Positions 12,412 through 26,024 of a stretch of DNA of 64,000 bases are shown piece after piece (positions within the stretch are counted from its first letter, which is position 1; the number at the start of each line of letters is the position of its first letter). Made by a program: the position numbers and the translations under genes. This DNA is from Yuukianura sp. NJ FZ-2021 (lineage: Eukaryota). The DNA is taken from assembly GCA_046563655.1 (NCBI GenBank), contig CM102290.1, forward strand, positions 2,046,001 through 2,110,000, read 5' to 3'. The notes below the pieces were generated by a model. That model ran no database searches, had not been told where the DNA came from, and was given only the letters and a program-made list of their open reading frames with translations.

Positions 12412-12695
12412 CAAGGTTGATAAACAGAAATACTTTTTCTTTAACAGGTTAGGCAATAACCTGATTTCTGAATTTTTTAAGCAAAATTTTCAAAAATGAA
12501 TGTCGAGATTTGAATTTAAAAAAGGTCTAGAAGATCAAAATTCTTAAGAAAATTCAAAACATCTGTCAAGTGACACTGTTTTTTTTTCACTCTTAAACAA
12601 AATTGGTTCAAAATTTTTTTTTTCGGGATTTTTTAAAATATGAATTTATGGCCTAACCTGTTGAAGAAAAAGTTTTCTGTTGCCAAGGCACCTTG
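12412..12695 (-). mobile_element. P-superfamily-like MITE, family C
   Basis: CAAGGTTGATAAAC...GGCACCTTG ends; inverted relative of 1391-1673; subterminal AACAGGTTAGG / CCTAACCTGTT. Confidence 0.8.
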
Positions 12696-14772
12696 GATAA
12701 TTTCGTAGTAGTTCCGAAAGTACATTTTTATAGTATACAAACTTTTAACAAAGTTTTGTATCAAAATTGAACAATTTCCTTAAAATTTTTAAATTGAAAA
12801 GCGTTTAACAGGCGGAAAAGTCTCACTAAAACTTTTACGTAACTTCTCGTTTTCAGTTATTTTTTAGATTTTCCTTCCCAACTAGTGAAATTTGGAATTT
12901 GTAGTTTAGATTTGTTCAAAAAAAAATAGGATGCGTGTAATCCGTATTTGCTTTAGGCATGAGGATTGTTAGAAATCTGAACCGGAAGAATTTGGTCCAA
13001 TTCATGTTTTTGAAAATGTTCAAATTGAAATGTAACGCTGTTGAATGGAAAGCCCTGGGGACCAAAGCGTGAGAAAGTGTCCCAGGCGGAATGGCGGGAA
13101 AAGAAGGATGCATTAGAATTTAAATTGACAAGTCAAAGGTCATGCCCATAATCCTCCTGAGAGGAGCCTTTGACTTGATGGTGAGTACTTAAAAAAAGTA
13201 AAGGAGGCAAAGGGAATCGAACCCCAGCGGGACTAAGTCGACTTGTTTAATCTGTCCTCTATCAATGGACTTTTCTCCAAAGCCGCTTTTCCTTCACAAC
13301 CAACTTTCTCCCTTCCTATCAATGATTTCCCGCATGTCACTTTCACCCGCATTACGACCATCCCACGCCAAAAACCATCTCGGCATATCTTGTTTCACTC
13401 TTCAAAAAAGTTATATTATTACATTTTAAAAGCGAACAATTAAATATTTTTTGTTAAAATTGTTTTTTCTTACTTTCGCAAGAATATATTAACATTTTTT
13501 CCCAGACTTGTTTTATTTGAAGGCTCGAGGAGCAAAATTTTTGTCAGTTTTTGACAAAGTTGAAAGACTAAAAAAGACAAAATTGAGATCGACTAAAGGT
13601 CAAAGGGCTAAAATTTCTTTTGATATGTGAAGTTTACTGTCGTCAACAACCTGCTTGCTTTCCAAAACAGTTATGTTTCGTGTAGGTTTTTGTCTTTGGC
13701 GGAAAGTTAAGGTATGGTGCATGTGGGTCAATTCTACATTTTGTGTCACACTGTGAGTTCCCGCTGCGGTAACTTCATTTACTATCAGGCGGTAACTTTC
13801 TCTCAAAGAGAGTTACGGACTTTCTCCTCAAAGTTCCAATGAAATCCACGAACCAATTGATGCTAGTCCGGACTTTCGTCAAAAATGTTCAGTTTTTTTG
13901 AAAAAAAAAGTTCGATTTTTTTTTTTTGAAAAAAAAAAAGAGTTCTGGTTTTTCACTTTGCTGATTCAGGTTGGATTTGTAGCGGAGATCATGTTGACAG
14001 AACAGATATTTTCAAAATTCGAAAAATTCGTAATTTTTTTTGCAAGCGAAAAGCGGGGAGGCTAAGCTTTTTAAATGGCATTTCTAAATTGTGATGCTCA
14101 GTTTGCGTGATCCAATGACGCGAGTGGGTGTAACGTATCGAAGCCTTCAAAACAAAACAAAATCTGGCTAGATTTTTTTTTAACTCTTTTTTATGAAATG
14201 TGACACTGGATAAAAGTATTTTTGTTGTTAGCGTGAAAAGTGAATTTGATAGGTTTTCCTTCGTCATCGTTATTTTTTTGTTCACTTTCTTTTCATTTCC
14301 AGAAGAAGTTGGGAAATCTGGAGTTTATATTTCCGTAGGGCCACTTAGGGACCCTTATGCCTCTATTCACCATTTTGGAAAAAGGGGAGACACTTAAGGG
14401 AAGGAGGTGGGTGGATACAAGGGGCCCAGCACTTTCATTTTGACTTTGAAAAGACGCACACTTTTCCAAATTCAAAATGTGTTCACTTTCCTTCGTCCTT
14501 GTCATCAATCATTCAACTTTTCTTCAAACTCTGGCGCCTTTCTATTTTCTCCCACTCTCCAAAGTCATACGCAACAAAACTTTCGTTTTGTCTGCTTACG
14601 ATTTCACATTTTCAAAAAAAAAAATACGAAAAAAAAGTTTTCGCGACAACTCATTTTCAAGAAAACTTCTTGACGTGAAGCATTTGAACAGAACGGTGGC
14701 TTATGTTTATGCAGTAATTTTGAACTATAGTTTCCACTTTGCGTTTTTTAATACTGGTTACAGCTTTTAATT

Positions 14773-14830
14773 AGGGAGTTTGCGTTATAAACAATTTCTA
14801 GAATTTTGGAAGTTTGAAAGGTTGACGTCA
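14773..14830. mobile_element. Single end of an AGGGAGTTT-type fold-back MITE
   Basis: AGGGAGTTTGCGTTATAAACAATTTCTAGAATTT nearly matches the terminus at 41729; no partner end found. Confidence 0.55.
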
Positions 14831-15020
14831 TCACCCGCCGTAAATTGTATATATTATAACTCCCGCATTTCTTATTTAGGTTCTTCTTTTGAAATTCTTT
14901 TCTCAAAATTGAGAATTTTAAAAAGTAAAGATTGTTGAATAATTGACATTGCTTCTCCACCTCAAAGAACCTTTTTTTATTTACGTTCCAGAGTGTTGTT
15001 ATAACTGCGTGGGGATATTT

Positions 15021-15405
15021 ATAATAAACCGGTTGTAACCCGAATTTACGAAAGTAGCGTAAGATAGCACTATAGTCAAATCGTTGTGACCCATAATGCG
15101 CTATAGCTATGAATGGTAAAAACAAAAAAGTTGACCTTTGACCCGGGAAAAGGTTACCAAAGGTCACATGACGTACACAAAGGTTGCTTGCCTCGAGGAG
15201 ATGAACAACGTTTGTATACATCATTTTTCATGTAACCGTGGATGAAACCTTGACCTTGACCGTTAACCCGGAAGGAGTTAGGATAAGTGAAAACGCAACA
15301 CAGAAGTGTTCAGCGCTTTCCGAGATAATTTCCGCCGCCGGCCACACAGACAGACAGACAGACAGAGAAGGCCAAAACAATAAGTTGCTTATGCTACTTA
15401 ATAAA
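15021..15405 (-). mobile_element. Helentron/DINE-1-like non-autonomous element (HINE)
   Basis: Subterminal inverted 12-mers AAGTAGCGTAAG (15052) / CTTATGCTACTT (15388), 11/12 match; (CAGA)n microsatellite near one end; imperfect hairpin at ~15025-15048 outside the other subTIR; second copy at 3033-3312. Confidence 0.7.
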
Positions 15406-18400
15406 TTACGGAAGTTAAAAGGTTTTTATATCCTTTGAGACACGCCTTCTTCTTACTACTATAAATTTCTAAACGTCTGTAAAAAAAAAAGAGCTTAAAC
15501 TAGTTTTTACGCTATTCATTTGGTTTTAGAGAAAATACGAAGCTCAGGATCTCACTTCCGGTTAGAGTTTTGCCAAAATTCGAAATTTGCGGTAAGCCTT
15601 CAAAGCTCCATGTGTTTTTTCATAAATCTTGACACGCCCGGATTACTATAAAAAAAATTTTTTTTTAAACAATTCAACTCAAAATTTTAACGTTAAAGAA
15701 TTAAACATTTGTGTTCTCAATGAGTGGCAACTTTTAAAAAAGTGAAAATGACAAAAAATAATTTGTTCTTGACATTACTTCGTTTTGAAATAATTGAACA
15801 CGTGGTTACAGTATAGCTTAGGGATTAAGTTTGACTCCGTATGATGAACTTTCAGTGTAGTTTAGCCAAGCATAACTTAAACTAGGCTAGGAGCGTGCCT
15901 AACTCAAAGTATGCTATAGTGAACCCAACGTAAAGTGTATCCAAGGCAGTCTTTGTCTCTCTGATCAGTGATGGAAATCATGTCGTTAAAATTTTGCTCA
16001 GTTCAGTGGGTTGACGCAATAAATTTTCTCTGTTTGTATACACATTCTACTTGTCAAATTTTTGCATAAAGAAAAATGGAAAACGACCCTCCTGTTCTCA
16101 CTTTTCTCATAAAGATTTTTTCGCTTTCTATTCAAAAATTGTTTTTGGCTCCAAACGTTTTGAGCGTATCATCCGACCGAGCTGGAGAAGAAAAGAACCT
16201 AACCTAGAAAAAAAAACTAGGCTAAAACGGAAAATGGACTCGGAATCTAACCCTGGCATCTTTTTTCATTTAAAAAATCTCTTTTTTTCCCGCCGCCGCC
16301 GCTACTCCTCTCTTGTTTCCCTTATCTGTTCCTTTTGTGGCATCGGCATTCTGCACACAAAAAATAACAATGGCAAACCTCTGTTTTTCTTGATAGGCAG
16401 TTGGGGAATTTGGCTGCAGTTTGAATTTTCCCTCGCTTTTTCTTGGCGGGCCACATCTCCTAAAAAGAGAAAGAAAAAAAAAGGAATCTGCAAAATTTGA
16501 ATTTTGAAAATGAATGTCTTTTTATATAAGATTACCAAGTAAAAGGCAAAATGAAACGAAGAAAATTTTGTAGAAATTGGTACAAAGAAGCCAAGCTTTT
16601 TAAAATGGCCCTGTTTTAATAATTAACAAAAATTGAATTCTCTTTCCCTTTGTTTAGGATTAAACAAAGGTGGTCAAAATTTTCCTCTGAGCTTTTTTGA
16701 AAACTCTAATTCGGAATTATACCTACTTCATAAAGTTTTTTTTTCCAATACAAAGTTCTACCAAAGTCAATTTCCTATTTCGCCACTCTTTTTTCAATTG
16801 CAAAGTGTGGGATTACTCCCAGAGGTGACGGCGGCTTTTCCTTGAAGATCAGGTAAACCGCACAAGTCCTGCGCTTTAGCAAAATTTGAAATTTTTTGAA
16901 AAATTGTGAGTGATTTTGTGGTAATAAAAATGAATTTCTAGGCATTTTCGTTTGTAGAAAAGGATTTCATTTTTTTTTTTTGGAGAAAATCTTTCTTAGC
17001 AACTTTTAAAATCGGTTTTTACACGTTTTATGCAAAAGTTTTGTGAGTTTTGTGAGTTGTTACTTGTTTGTAGGATAATTTGGTGAGTTTTTGAGTGAGT
17101 AAAATGAGTGTCTAAATTCCATTTGAAGTTTTTAATTATTCGCGGGGGCTTTGGGTAGAGTTACTACAAAGTTCCAAATGGAGTTGGGTGAGTCCTCATA
17201 AATCCCGCGTTCCTCGGTTGGCCTTCTTCCCTTCTGAGATGAGGCGGGAGAGTATGAATAGTGGAAATGGGACTTAAGGGCTCCTCTCTTCCACCGAATC
17301 TCTCCAAATGCAAGTCCAGATTTTGTAATTCCAATAAGAGAAACCGAGTAGCGAAAGTAATTTTATGATCCTCCAGAGAATAACATTCCGAAGAAAAGAG
17401 AACAAACGCTCTGTCGGCCGCCGCTGCTCCAAAAACTCAGCTACTTATCTCGACCCAGGCCCACACAGATGATGTTCCACTGCCCACGTCCACTAACCTA
17501 AAACCTAATGGATCTTGGCTTAACGTAATGAAATTTTTAGCTCAACTGTGCACTTACTACACTAGACCATTTAAAACCATTGGTCGAGCGGAGCATCATC
17601 TTTCGAAAAGTTCAGGTTGCCATGGTTTCATTGCTTGTTGCCAGCTTAAAGAAGGATTTCGACAGGCGTTGCAGGTTAGGCAAAAAAGGTAGAATAAATT
17701 TTAAGTGCTTTCACCTGATCGTCTTGGTTTTGGGAAAGTCTGGGAAATGGGTTGGAGAAAGTAAGCTTCCAGTCGTGTTTCTAGTATAGCATGCTTATGC
17801 ATGAGGCCCGTTTTGATTTAGGACTAATTCTTATGGGATTGATGTTCGTTATCCTTGGTTCAACTTTGTAATTCCCTCTAGAGGAGGAAGAGTTGCCGCC
17901 ATTTTTGGAAAATCCAACTGAACATTGGCTCTCTGGTCTCCTTCAGCTCCAGAATAATTCTTCATCTGCATGAGGAGAAAACACTTGGCTCAAATATGTT
18001 TCCCTTGATGGGCCGTTCCATAAATCATAGCCAACTTCCGCAAAAACCCATTTCTTCCGTTGCTCTAACAAGAACCATCATCCCAAACTATTTCCCAATC
18101 TCACGGCATCTTCTTCCTTCAAAAAACTGAACATCTTAACCAGATTCAGATTCTAAAAAAATCCTTCCTTGATTTCCATTCATTTTCCCAAATGAGAAAC
18201 ACAGTACTACACACCACCTTCACCCTCATAAATTCAAATCCAAACCAAATCTATCTCTCAACCTGTCCTCCATTCATCTCTGTTCGAACCTTCTAGGATT
18301 ACGACCCCATTCGTTCAATTTTCAAAAAAAAAAAATTTAAATTCAGTTTTGATATCTGACACAAACCCAAAAAAAAATTCAAATTGATGGCAGTTGGTGG

Positions 18401-18464
18401 TGGATTTTGAAGAAAGAGTTTTTGTCATTGAAAAAGAGTGAGGCGATTCCTGAATCAAATTTTT

Positions 18465-18708
18465 CAAGGTTCGTAAAGAAAAAAAAACTTTTTCTATAGC
18501 ACGTTGTCCAATAAATGGACGTTTTAAAATTTGAAAAAAAAATCTGCCTTTCTATGATAATTTTTTGGATGTATTTTAAATGGGATCGATGCAGAATTGG
18601 TGCACAAATTTGTTTGAAGTAAGATTTTTATTTTTGGAAACCCTGAGTTATTAGACAACCTGTTGTAGGAAATACAATTTGTTGTATTTCGGTTGCCAAG
18701 AAACCTTG
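18465..18708 (-). mobile_element. P-superfamily-like MITE, family B
   Basis: CAAGGTTCGTAAA...AAACCTTG ends; perfect TSD AAATTTTT. Confidence 0.9.
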
Positions 18709-20684
18709 AAATTTTTAAAATTTTATTTGGTACCAAAATTTCAAAATTCTAAAAATCAGTTTCCAAATTTTTTTAACCTTTTTTAAAGTAACCCAGAAAG
18801 TAACTCTATCAGAATTTCTTTTCCGTCATAAAATTGTTTGGTTTATGTCGTCTTTTTTTTCCATTTTGGGAAAACTAAAGAAATTGTCGCTTACTTTTCA
18901 CATAATGAAAAATAAAGTAAAAAATTTGGACCACCGAAACCAATTACGACTGGGGGAAAGTGTGTCAAGATTTTTGACTCTGTCGGATTTTTTGTTTGAT
19001 TCGGAGAAAGTTGGGTCAATATTTTGACTCAAATTGTAACATAAGCCAGTTATAGGGCCCTAAGTTCCTACGGAGAAAGTGGAACAGGGTCCCGCATAGC
19101 GCATTGTATGCATTGTCATAAAAATAAGGGTCCCTTTTTGTAGTTATGTAGAAGAAAGGGACTTGGACTTGAACAGAATATTAATTCAATGCCTCAAATT
19201 CATTTGAGTGAGAGAGATTTGAGATCGATTAAGACGTCTTTCTCCCATATAGATTTACATTCTCTGCATACAAAGTCACCAACTCCAACTTCTGTTTCCA
19301 TCCCAAGAAACCAAAATCAAAAGTCCATGAAAGCACGACTTTTACATGAAAGAAATTTAAAGTAGCATATAGAGTAAAAAGTTTTCTTTAAAAAAAGTCT
19401 CTTTTTTGAGTTAGTTTTGAATTCTGGTCAGAAACTAAAAGAGAAAGTGAAGAGTGACCATGCAGTACCAGAGCTTTCACTGAGAAGAAAACACTTTAAA
19501 ATGCCAAGGCAAAACCTCTTGAGAACTTTGATTACTCATTTTCTCAAATGGAAATCTGCTCGGATAACAAAAAACAGAGAGTAGCATTGTTTGACTTAGG
19601 AAGAGATTGGATTCTATAGAGTTAGCCTATGTTTTAATTTCCTTTTTTAACAACTTCATTTTAGTCGATTTTTATCACCTTTATAAAGCCAATTCTAAAA
19701 TGCCGTAAAATTATGAAACAATTTCAGCAGAACTTTTTCCCTATTTCTACTTTCTTTTTGCCTTTTCACACGAAAACTTTTTTTTTTTCGTTTTTTTCGA
19801 AGCTACTTTTTTATTTCACCAAATTTGCCCCTGTTTTATTAGCCTAGTTGGATTAAGGTCGTTGAAGATTGAGTTAGTTGGGTTAGCCAGAATAGAGTGA
19901 TTGATGAAAAGAAGTGAAACAGTGACTCGTAATCGATGACAAAGTGTTGAATTTGGTGGGGGACAGTAGTGGAGCGTTGCCTTTTGAATGGACGAGAGAA
20001 GTAGTTGGAAGGGTATGTCAAAAAAGTTTTTGTTGGCCCAAAGTTTTCCCTGTCGTCTGCTCATTCTTGTCAAAGGAAGAAAGCTTTTCTTTGATTGTAT
20101 CTTTCATAATCTAGTTTACTTTTGGAAATAAACTATTGTGAAGGGAGAGGATTTCTTTTTATTATTTCCAGGCCAAGGCTCTGATTGCCTCGAGGACGGA
20201 GGGAACTTCCAGTTTCTCCATAGGGACAAGGAGACAGCAGAAACTTTTGGTCCAAAAGTTTTGTAGAGTCATGGTGGTGGGATAGGAGAAGAGCTGGGCA
20301 ACTACGCAAAAGTATGGATTCACTTCGACACAAATCCCACTTCCGCCAGCACTTTATTAGGCCCAAATGCGACAAATCACAAAAAAAGACTTTCTCCCGG
20401 ACCTTCCATACTTTCTCCAGCGCCATTTACGACTCACTGAGCCACTTGGCAGTACTTGGCAGTAGTTGGCAGTAGTGGGCCAACTCTCACTCACAAAAAG
20501 TGAGCATGAGAGTCACTTCTGAGTCGGACAAACTCAAACATATGTGACGCATAATAACTTCCCCTTTCCAATTTTCCAAAATGACTTCAACTCAAACAAA
20601 TTCCAAAAAATGAGTTTAACTAAACTAACATTTTTCTGAAATTCGGAACATTTTATCCTCATGAAATACAGTACATTCTTTAAA

Positions 20685-20810
20685 TAAGAAACTAAAAACC
20701 TCAAACCTTTTTCCATTTCTTTTCAATGGGGCCTCAGTACTGCCATAGAAGAAGCCTCACTGAGGCCCACGACAAGAAATGGAGAGAGGGTTGAGGTTTT
20801 TAGCTTCTTA
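20685..20810. repeat. Long imperfect inverted repeat (~53-bp arms, 20-nt spacer)
   Basis: 20685-20738 is the reverse complement of 20759-20810 with few mismatches; weaker similarity extends about 40 bp further each side. Confidence 0.85.
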
Positions 20811-22943
20811 GAATGAGGTGTGTAAATGAAAAGTAAACTGTTTGGAACAATAAAAAATTCATACGGTACTACTTAAATGGCCTCTTTTGTTCTTAAAATT
20901 CGTTTTTGGATTTAAAAATTTAAAAAAAGAAGTAATTTTTTACGAAAAAATTATTTTGAAATTTTGGTACCTCTGGTTGGTACTAAGCACTTTTCATCAT
21001 GACGCTCGAGAAATGGAAAGCGATGAGGCGTTTGTCTGAAGTGTCGCCTCGTGCTCTAAAGGTTCCACTCGCAGCTTGTTCCAAAGAGAGCCTCATAGCC
21101 TACGATGACGTCAGTCGGCAAGGCGGGAGTATTTTTTGGTGCGTCAGTGAAAGCAGTGGTTTGAAAATTTTACACAAAAAAGAGAGGCGCGGAATGGAAA
21201 ATGTTTTCAAAATTTATTAAAACTTGGTTCAGATGACGAACGAAAAGTGAAAGTAGCGTCAAAATCCTAGATTTAAAAAATTAGGATTAATTTTTTGTTT
21301 GAAGTAAACGACAAAACGTAAGATTTAGAAAATTGATACTTAACTGTTTTTTAAGTTTAAGTTTTTTTGAGAAGTGATTTTGAATTTTGCCGCTCTAACT
21401 TTTGGTCCATGAACACAAAATGTTGAGATGAAGGTTATAGAAGGTGGATCCATAAAATGCAAAATGGTTGTAATTGATGGAGAACCGGGAAAATGGTGGT
21501 CCTGAGGGAACGTTTTTGTGAATGTGTTGGAAATGGCGGGAAGGCTTCAAAAACTTCAAGTCCTCTTCGAATAATTATTCATTAGAACTCTGTGCTCTGT
21601 TGCGTCCGGAAGGCTTTTCCCCAGTCAAATCCTAAATCCGCGCCACATTTAAAATCCCGCGGGACGTTTGATTTTACAAATAGGAACTCGATTCTACTCT
21701 TCTCTTTCCCACCGACATTCCCTTTTGATTCCTTCAGGGCAAAAAGCATAAGCGACGACTTTACAAAAGCCGAAAGTCTACTTCTCCCGCTTTCTCTTTT
21801 TAACTTTTTCCAACACAAAATCCTCCATTGTCCTTTAAAATTTAGGCGCGCTTTGATTTTGAATTGAAAATTTGAACCTACAGAACTTATTCAAAATTTA
21901 ACTTAGGTGAAATGCGGCGAAAACTGGAGATAATACTGTGCCTGGTTGAGGTTCCTTTTGAGACAATGAAAAACTTTTTTTTTGTCAATTGACTTTTGGT
22001 GTGCTTTTCTTTTTTTAATGAGTACAAGGCCGATGACCTCCCATTTCTTTTCAATGGGTTTGCCGGGGTCACAATTGGGTTAGCTTAGAATGAGACCTCT
22101 AATTGGAGAATCAAAAACTCCCGCGTTTTTTTGGTTGTTCGGTTTTTGACAATAGTCATTGAGACTACGGTGCCCTCCAGGTCAACTCTTTCTTGTCAAA
22201 ATTGGCCACTTGTCATTTAATAAGCTGATCACCTCACCACAAGCAATCTCAATTTTCTTAACATTTCAACATCTTGCACAGTCAACAAAATTTTCAGCAG
22301 TACAGGGACGATTTTCAAAACATTTAAAAAAAAATAGAATAGCTGTTTCATCGTTTAGAAGTTTATTTATTTATTTTGAGAGGTAAAAATTGCAAAATAG
22401 ATCAGCTTGACCAAAATTTCTTAAGTTCTTGAGTCTTTGTTTAGATTTTTAGAAATGTTTAGAAAATTTCCGAAAATTGTGATTTTCCGTTGGTTGTATT
22501 CTTAGAAAAAGGCTCTGTATTAATCAGGACGAGAGTTTTTGAATGACTCAGGACTCCATTTGAACTGGTTGTGTCCGAAGTCCGACTGTACTGGACAAGG
22601 GCACGCGTGGATAAAGCAACCATGGAATATAATGAAATTGGGCATCTCAAGGGAGACATTGAAGGTCAGACTCCAACTGAACCATTATACCCACTGACCA
22701 CTTTAGTTTTCCCAGTCTCGCAACTTAATCGGAAATTGTCGTCATGGGAACACATTCAACTTTCTCAAATCCGATTTCAATGTCCCTTCCTCTGCACTTT
22801 TCTAACTTCTACTCAAAAAAGTTTTTTTGCCGATAGAAAGAGACCTAAAGGAACAAACCAGTTTTTAGACATTTTGCACTCAGCCAGGAAATTGTTTAAA
22901 TTTTGAACTGAAGCAATTTTGGGAAGATTTTGAAGAGTCGAAC

Positions 22944-23238
22944 CAAGGTTCCTTGAGAACCAAAATAGAACAGGTTGTCTAGTAACTCGGGGTTTTTAAA
23001 AATCGTGCCTCAAACAATCCCCCTTCCCTCCCTTTTTTTTCCCTCAATTTTGTCTATGCTTTTCCCCCAATTTTTTTTACAAACTAAATTGCATAGGAAT
23101 AAGGAAAAAAATAGGACAAAAGTCAAAAATTGGTAGGAAGTGAAGTTTAACCAGTTTCATTTTTGAAAATTTTTGAAAAAAAAAACTGAAAAAGCCGAGG
23201 TATTGGACAACCTGATGTAGATTTGTTTACGAACCTTG
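22944..23238 (+). mobile_element. P-superfamily-like MITE, family B
   Basis: CAAGGTTCCTTGA...TTTACGAACCTTG ends; interior matches 4857-5150 (tgaagtttaacc.gtttcatttttgaaaattt); partial TSD agtc.... Confidence 0.88.
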
Positions 23239-24337
23239 AGTCAAGACAAGATTTAAAAATAAAAAAGATTTTGAGGTCCATCGTTGAACTTTTGAACTAA
23301 GGTCATTCCAATTATGACGCACATCCATCTCCCTCTTCTTTTGAATCTGTCGGGGATCAAAAACGTTTGTCAAAATTTTGGAGTTCCTGTTTGAGAAAGG
23401 TTTCAGAAATTTCTGTTTGGACGGTCCGGTTTGGCGGGAGTTTTCAAAAAAAAAAGTGAAACCATGGAAGCTTTCCACGCCGCCCCGCCACAGTCCTCGT
23501 CGTGATCGTTATGAAAACTTTGTGAACACGGAGTTCCATCACTGTCAAGATCCATTTCTCCCAGGCCAATTTTAAATTGGGCCGTCGCTTCCTCTGTTGC
23601 TTTTTCCAAACTGCCAACGACATCGTTAGTCGAACATCGTCCAAGGCTTAGACCACTGGGCTTTTGAAGCCTTTCAAAACCCCATGTCCAATATTATTCT
23701 AGTTCAAAATGTGTCAAATTGGAAACGCAATTTGCATTGGTTGACAAAGTGACACTCGTATGTCTCCTTGGACTTGGCAGGAGACTTTCAAAATCTAGAC
23801 TCTGAGTTATTATTTGAAAACAGTTTAAAAGGAGCGTCATGCATTCTTACAAAGTCGGTGTCCATTGTCGTGGTTTGTTGTGAAAAGCTAAGTCAAACAA
23901 AGCCTAGGGTGGGTTGGTGGGACGGACGGTGGGTTGGTGGGGCTGAGAGACTGGAGGGGGAAGACAGAGATTGATCCATGGCTGAAATCGAACCGATTTA
24001 TCTCCAGCCTCTTCCCTTCAGACGCTCTGCGCTCTCTCGTTTTACTTGCAAGTAGACTCAAATGTATAAGCATAAGCATAGTATAACGTAACTTAACGTA
24101 TAATACGTAACCTAGTTTTCAACGTCGCTGCAACTGATTGGTTTTCTCGAAAGGCAGTTTCTGTGTTGGACGCTTTCGGGAACAATGAAACACAGGTCTA
24201 CTTAACCTTACACAACAAAAACTACATTCTACTTTCTGACATTTAGAACATACCTTTCTAAAACAGACACACAGTTCGTATTTTTATCATTTTGTTTATT
24301 TTTTTTTTGTTAGGCTATGTCCAGGTTATGTTCAGTG

Positions 24338-24621
24338 CAAGGTTGTTTAAATTGAAATTTTGTTTCTTTTCTTCTTAGCAGGTTATACCATACCCCAATT
24401 TTTCAAATTTTCAAAGTTTTTATACCGCACAGCTGACGCGGCTCCATTGCCTTAGCAATTCGACATCAAAACTATGACTCAGCAACGTAAAAATTGAAAA
24501 ATTTTAAGAGCTTTATTTTAAAAATTAAACAAAATTGGTCCAAAAGTTGTTTTTTCGTGTTTTTTAAAAAATGGCATAACCTGTTAGCGCATTTGCAGAA
24601 ATGGGTGCTATAGTAACCTTG
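24338..24621 (-). mobile_element. P-superfamily-like MITE, family D
   Basis: CAAGGTTG...TAACCTTG ends; TSD gttcagtg/gttgagtg (7/8); colinear with 37321-37611. Confidence 0.9.
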
Positions 24622-24760
24622 GTTGAGTGGGAGCTAGAAACGTAAAATAGGGTGGGCAATGAAATACTACTAATGTTAGATTAGGTTAGACAGAACCATT
24701 GCTACAACGTATTTCGGCACCATTTAACTTTTGAACTGAACGTTTAAAAACAGTAAGACA

Positions 24761-25007
24761 CAAGGTTCCTATAGCAACAAAATAGTTTTCCTTTAACAGG
24801 TTTGGCAATCAGTGCTCTTTACAAAAAATCCCGCCACGAACAACTTTTTCCGCCAATTTTCCGCCAATCCTATTTGATTTCATTTAAATCATTGCCATAG
24901 GAAGATACGGTGAAGCAAGTTTTGCTAATTTTTTAACAAAATTTAAAAAATTCTAGTTATTGCCTAACCTGTTGAAAAAAAAATTAATTTCTTGTTTAGG
25001 AACCTTG
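24761..25007 (+). mobile_element. P-superfamily-like MITE, family E
   Basis: CAAGGTTCCTA...TAGGAACCTTG ends; TSD gtaagaca/gtaagcta (6/8); interior related to 46785-47032. Confidence 0.88.
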
Positions 25008-25774
25008 GTAAGCTAGGTTAACGAAAAATTTCTGTTTTTAATTTGTTCCCCAGTAGAACAGAAAACGATCGATTTTGTATTGTTTGCATTCTTTTCGTAT
25101 TTACTGTTTTTTGTTGCGTTTTTTTTTCTGTGTATGGAGAAAGTTCCGTTCCATTTGCTTTTCTTTGTTCACAACTCAAATTTACAACAGTTTTTCATGG
25201 AAAAGAAAATGAAGTGTCAGAGAACTTTTCCTTTTTCCAGAAACTGGATAATGTGACTATGTTTTTTTCGGAACACTAAATTTTCAAAAAACAGACTGAC
25301 AGTGAAATTTAGAAAACAGTTTAAAAATTCAGGAACATGTTACTCCATCTGCCCTGAGGAACCTAATCATGATACTTTGTATCCCTTCAGGTAAATTTTC
25401 ATTAGTGAATTGGACTAAAGCAACAAAAAGCTTATGGTTACTGCTTCACTGAAGAACTTGACCTCTGCATTTGATTCTGCACATAGCCTAACTTTTTCTC
25501 TGAACATACCCTAACCTTATTTTTCTGAAGTTGACCTCTGCCAAACGAATGTTGATGGTCGCCGAGTGACTTTTAGGAGCCACTGTTTCCAGCTTTTATG
25601 TTCCGAGCTGAACAGACTCTCCAGCGACCTTGTTTTACGTTAGTTTAGGTTAGGCTGTGTCTGATCCTGGTCCGATTTACGGTGGATTATGCTTTTTATG
25701 TCTCTGATGTTTAAATAATGAGGACGTTGGGGGCTCTTGGAGGAGATCAAAAGGAGAGGAAGATAGGTTAGGTT

Positions 25775-26024
25775 TAAGGTTTGTTGACTGGTGATTTTTA
25801 ACAGGTTGGGTAATACCTCCAGTTTTTTCGATTTTGCAAGAAAAAAGTATCTTTTCATTTCGTGGTATCGTAGTCATAACAATACAGACACTTTTTTTTT
25901 AAATTTTTCATACAAATTGGTGCCAATTTTTCGGATTGGTACTAACTGTTTTTGTTTTTGTCAGCAACCGAGGTAGTACCCAACCTTTTAAAGAAAATTA
26001 AGTTTTAGCTGTCAAGGAACCTTG
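25775..26024 (-). mobile_element. P-superfamily-like MITE, family A
   Basis: (T)AAGGTTTGTTGAC...GTCAAGGAACCTTG ends; flanked by the direct 9-mer GGTTAGGTT. Confidence 0.88.

Noticed and set aside
13205..13235. tRNA T-arm/B-box-like words (also ~35490 and ~43858)
   Set aside because: No A-box, D-arm, anticodon arm or acceptor stem could be folded; not a tRNA or a supportable SINE.
14748..15224. 158-aa minus-strand ORF
   Set aside because: It spans the junction of a HINE-like element and a MITE end; no recognisable domain.
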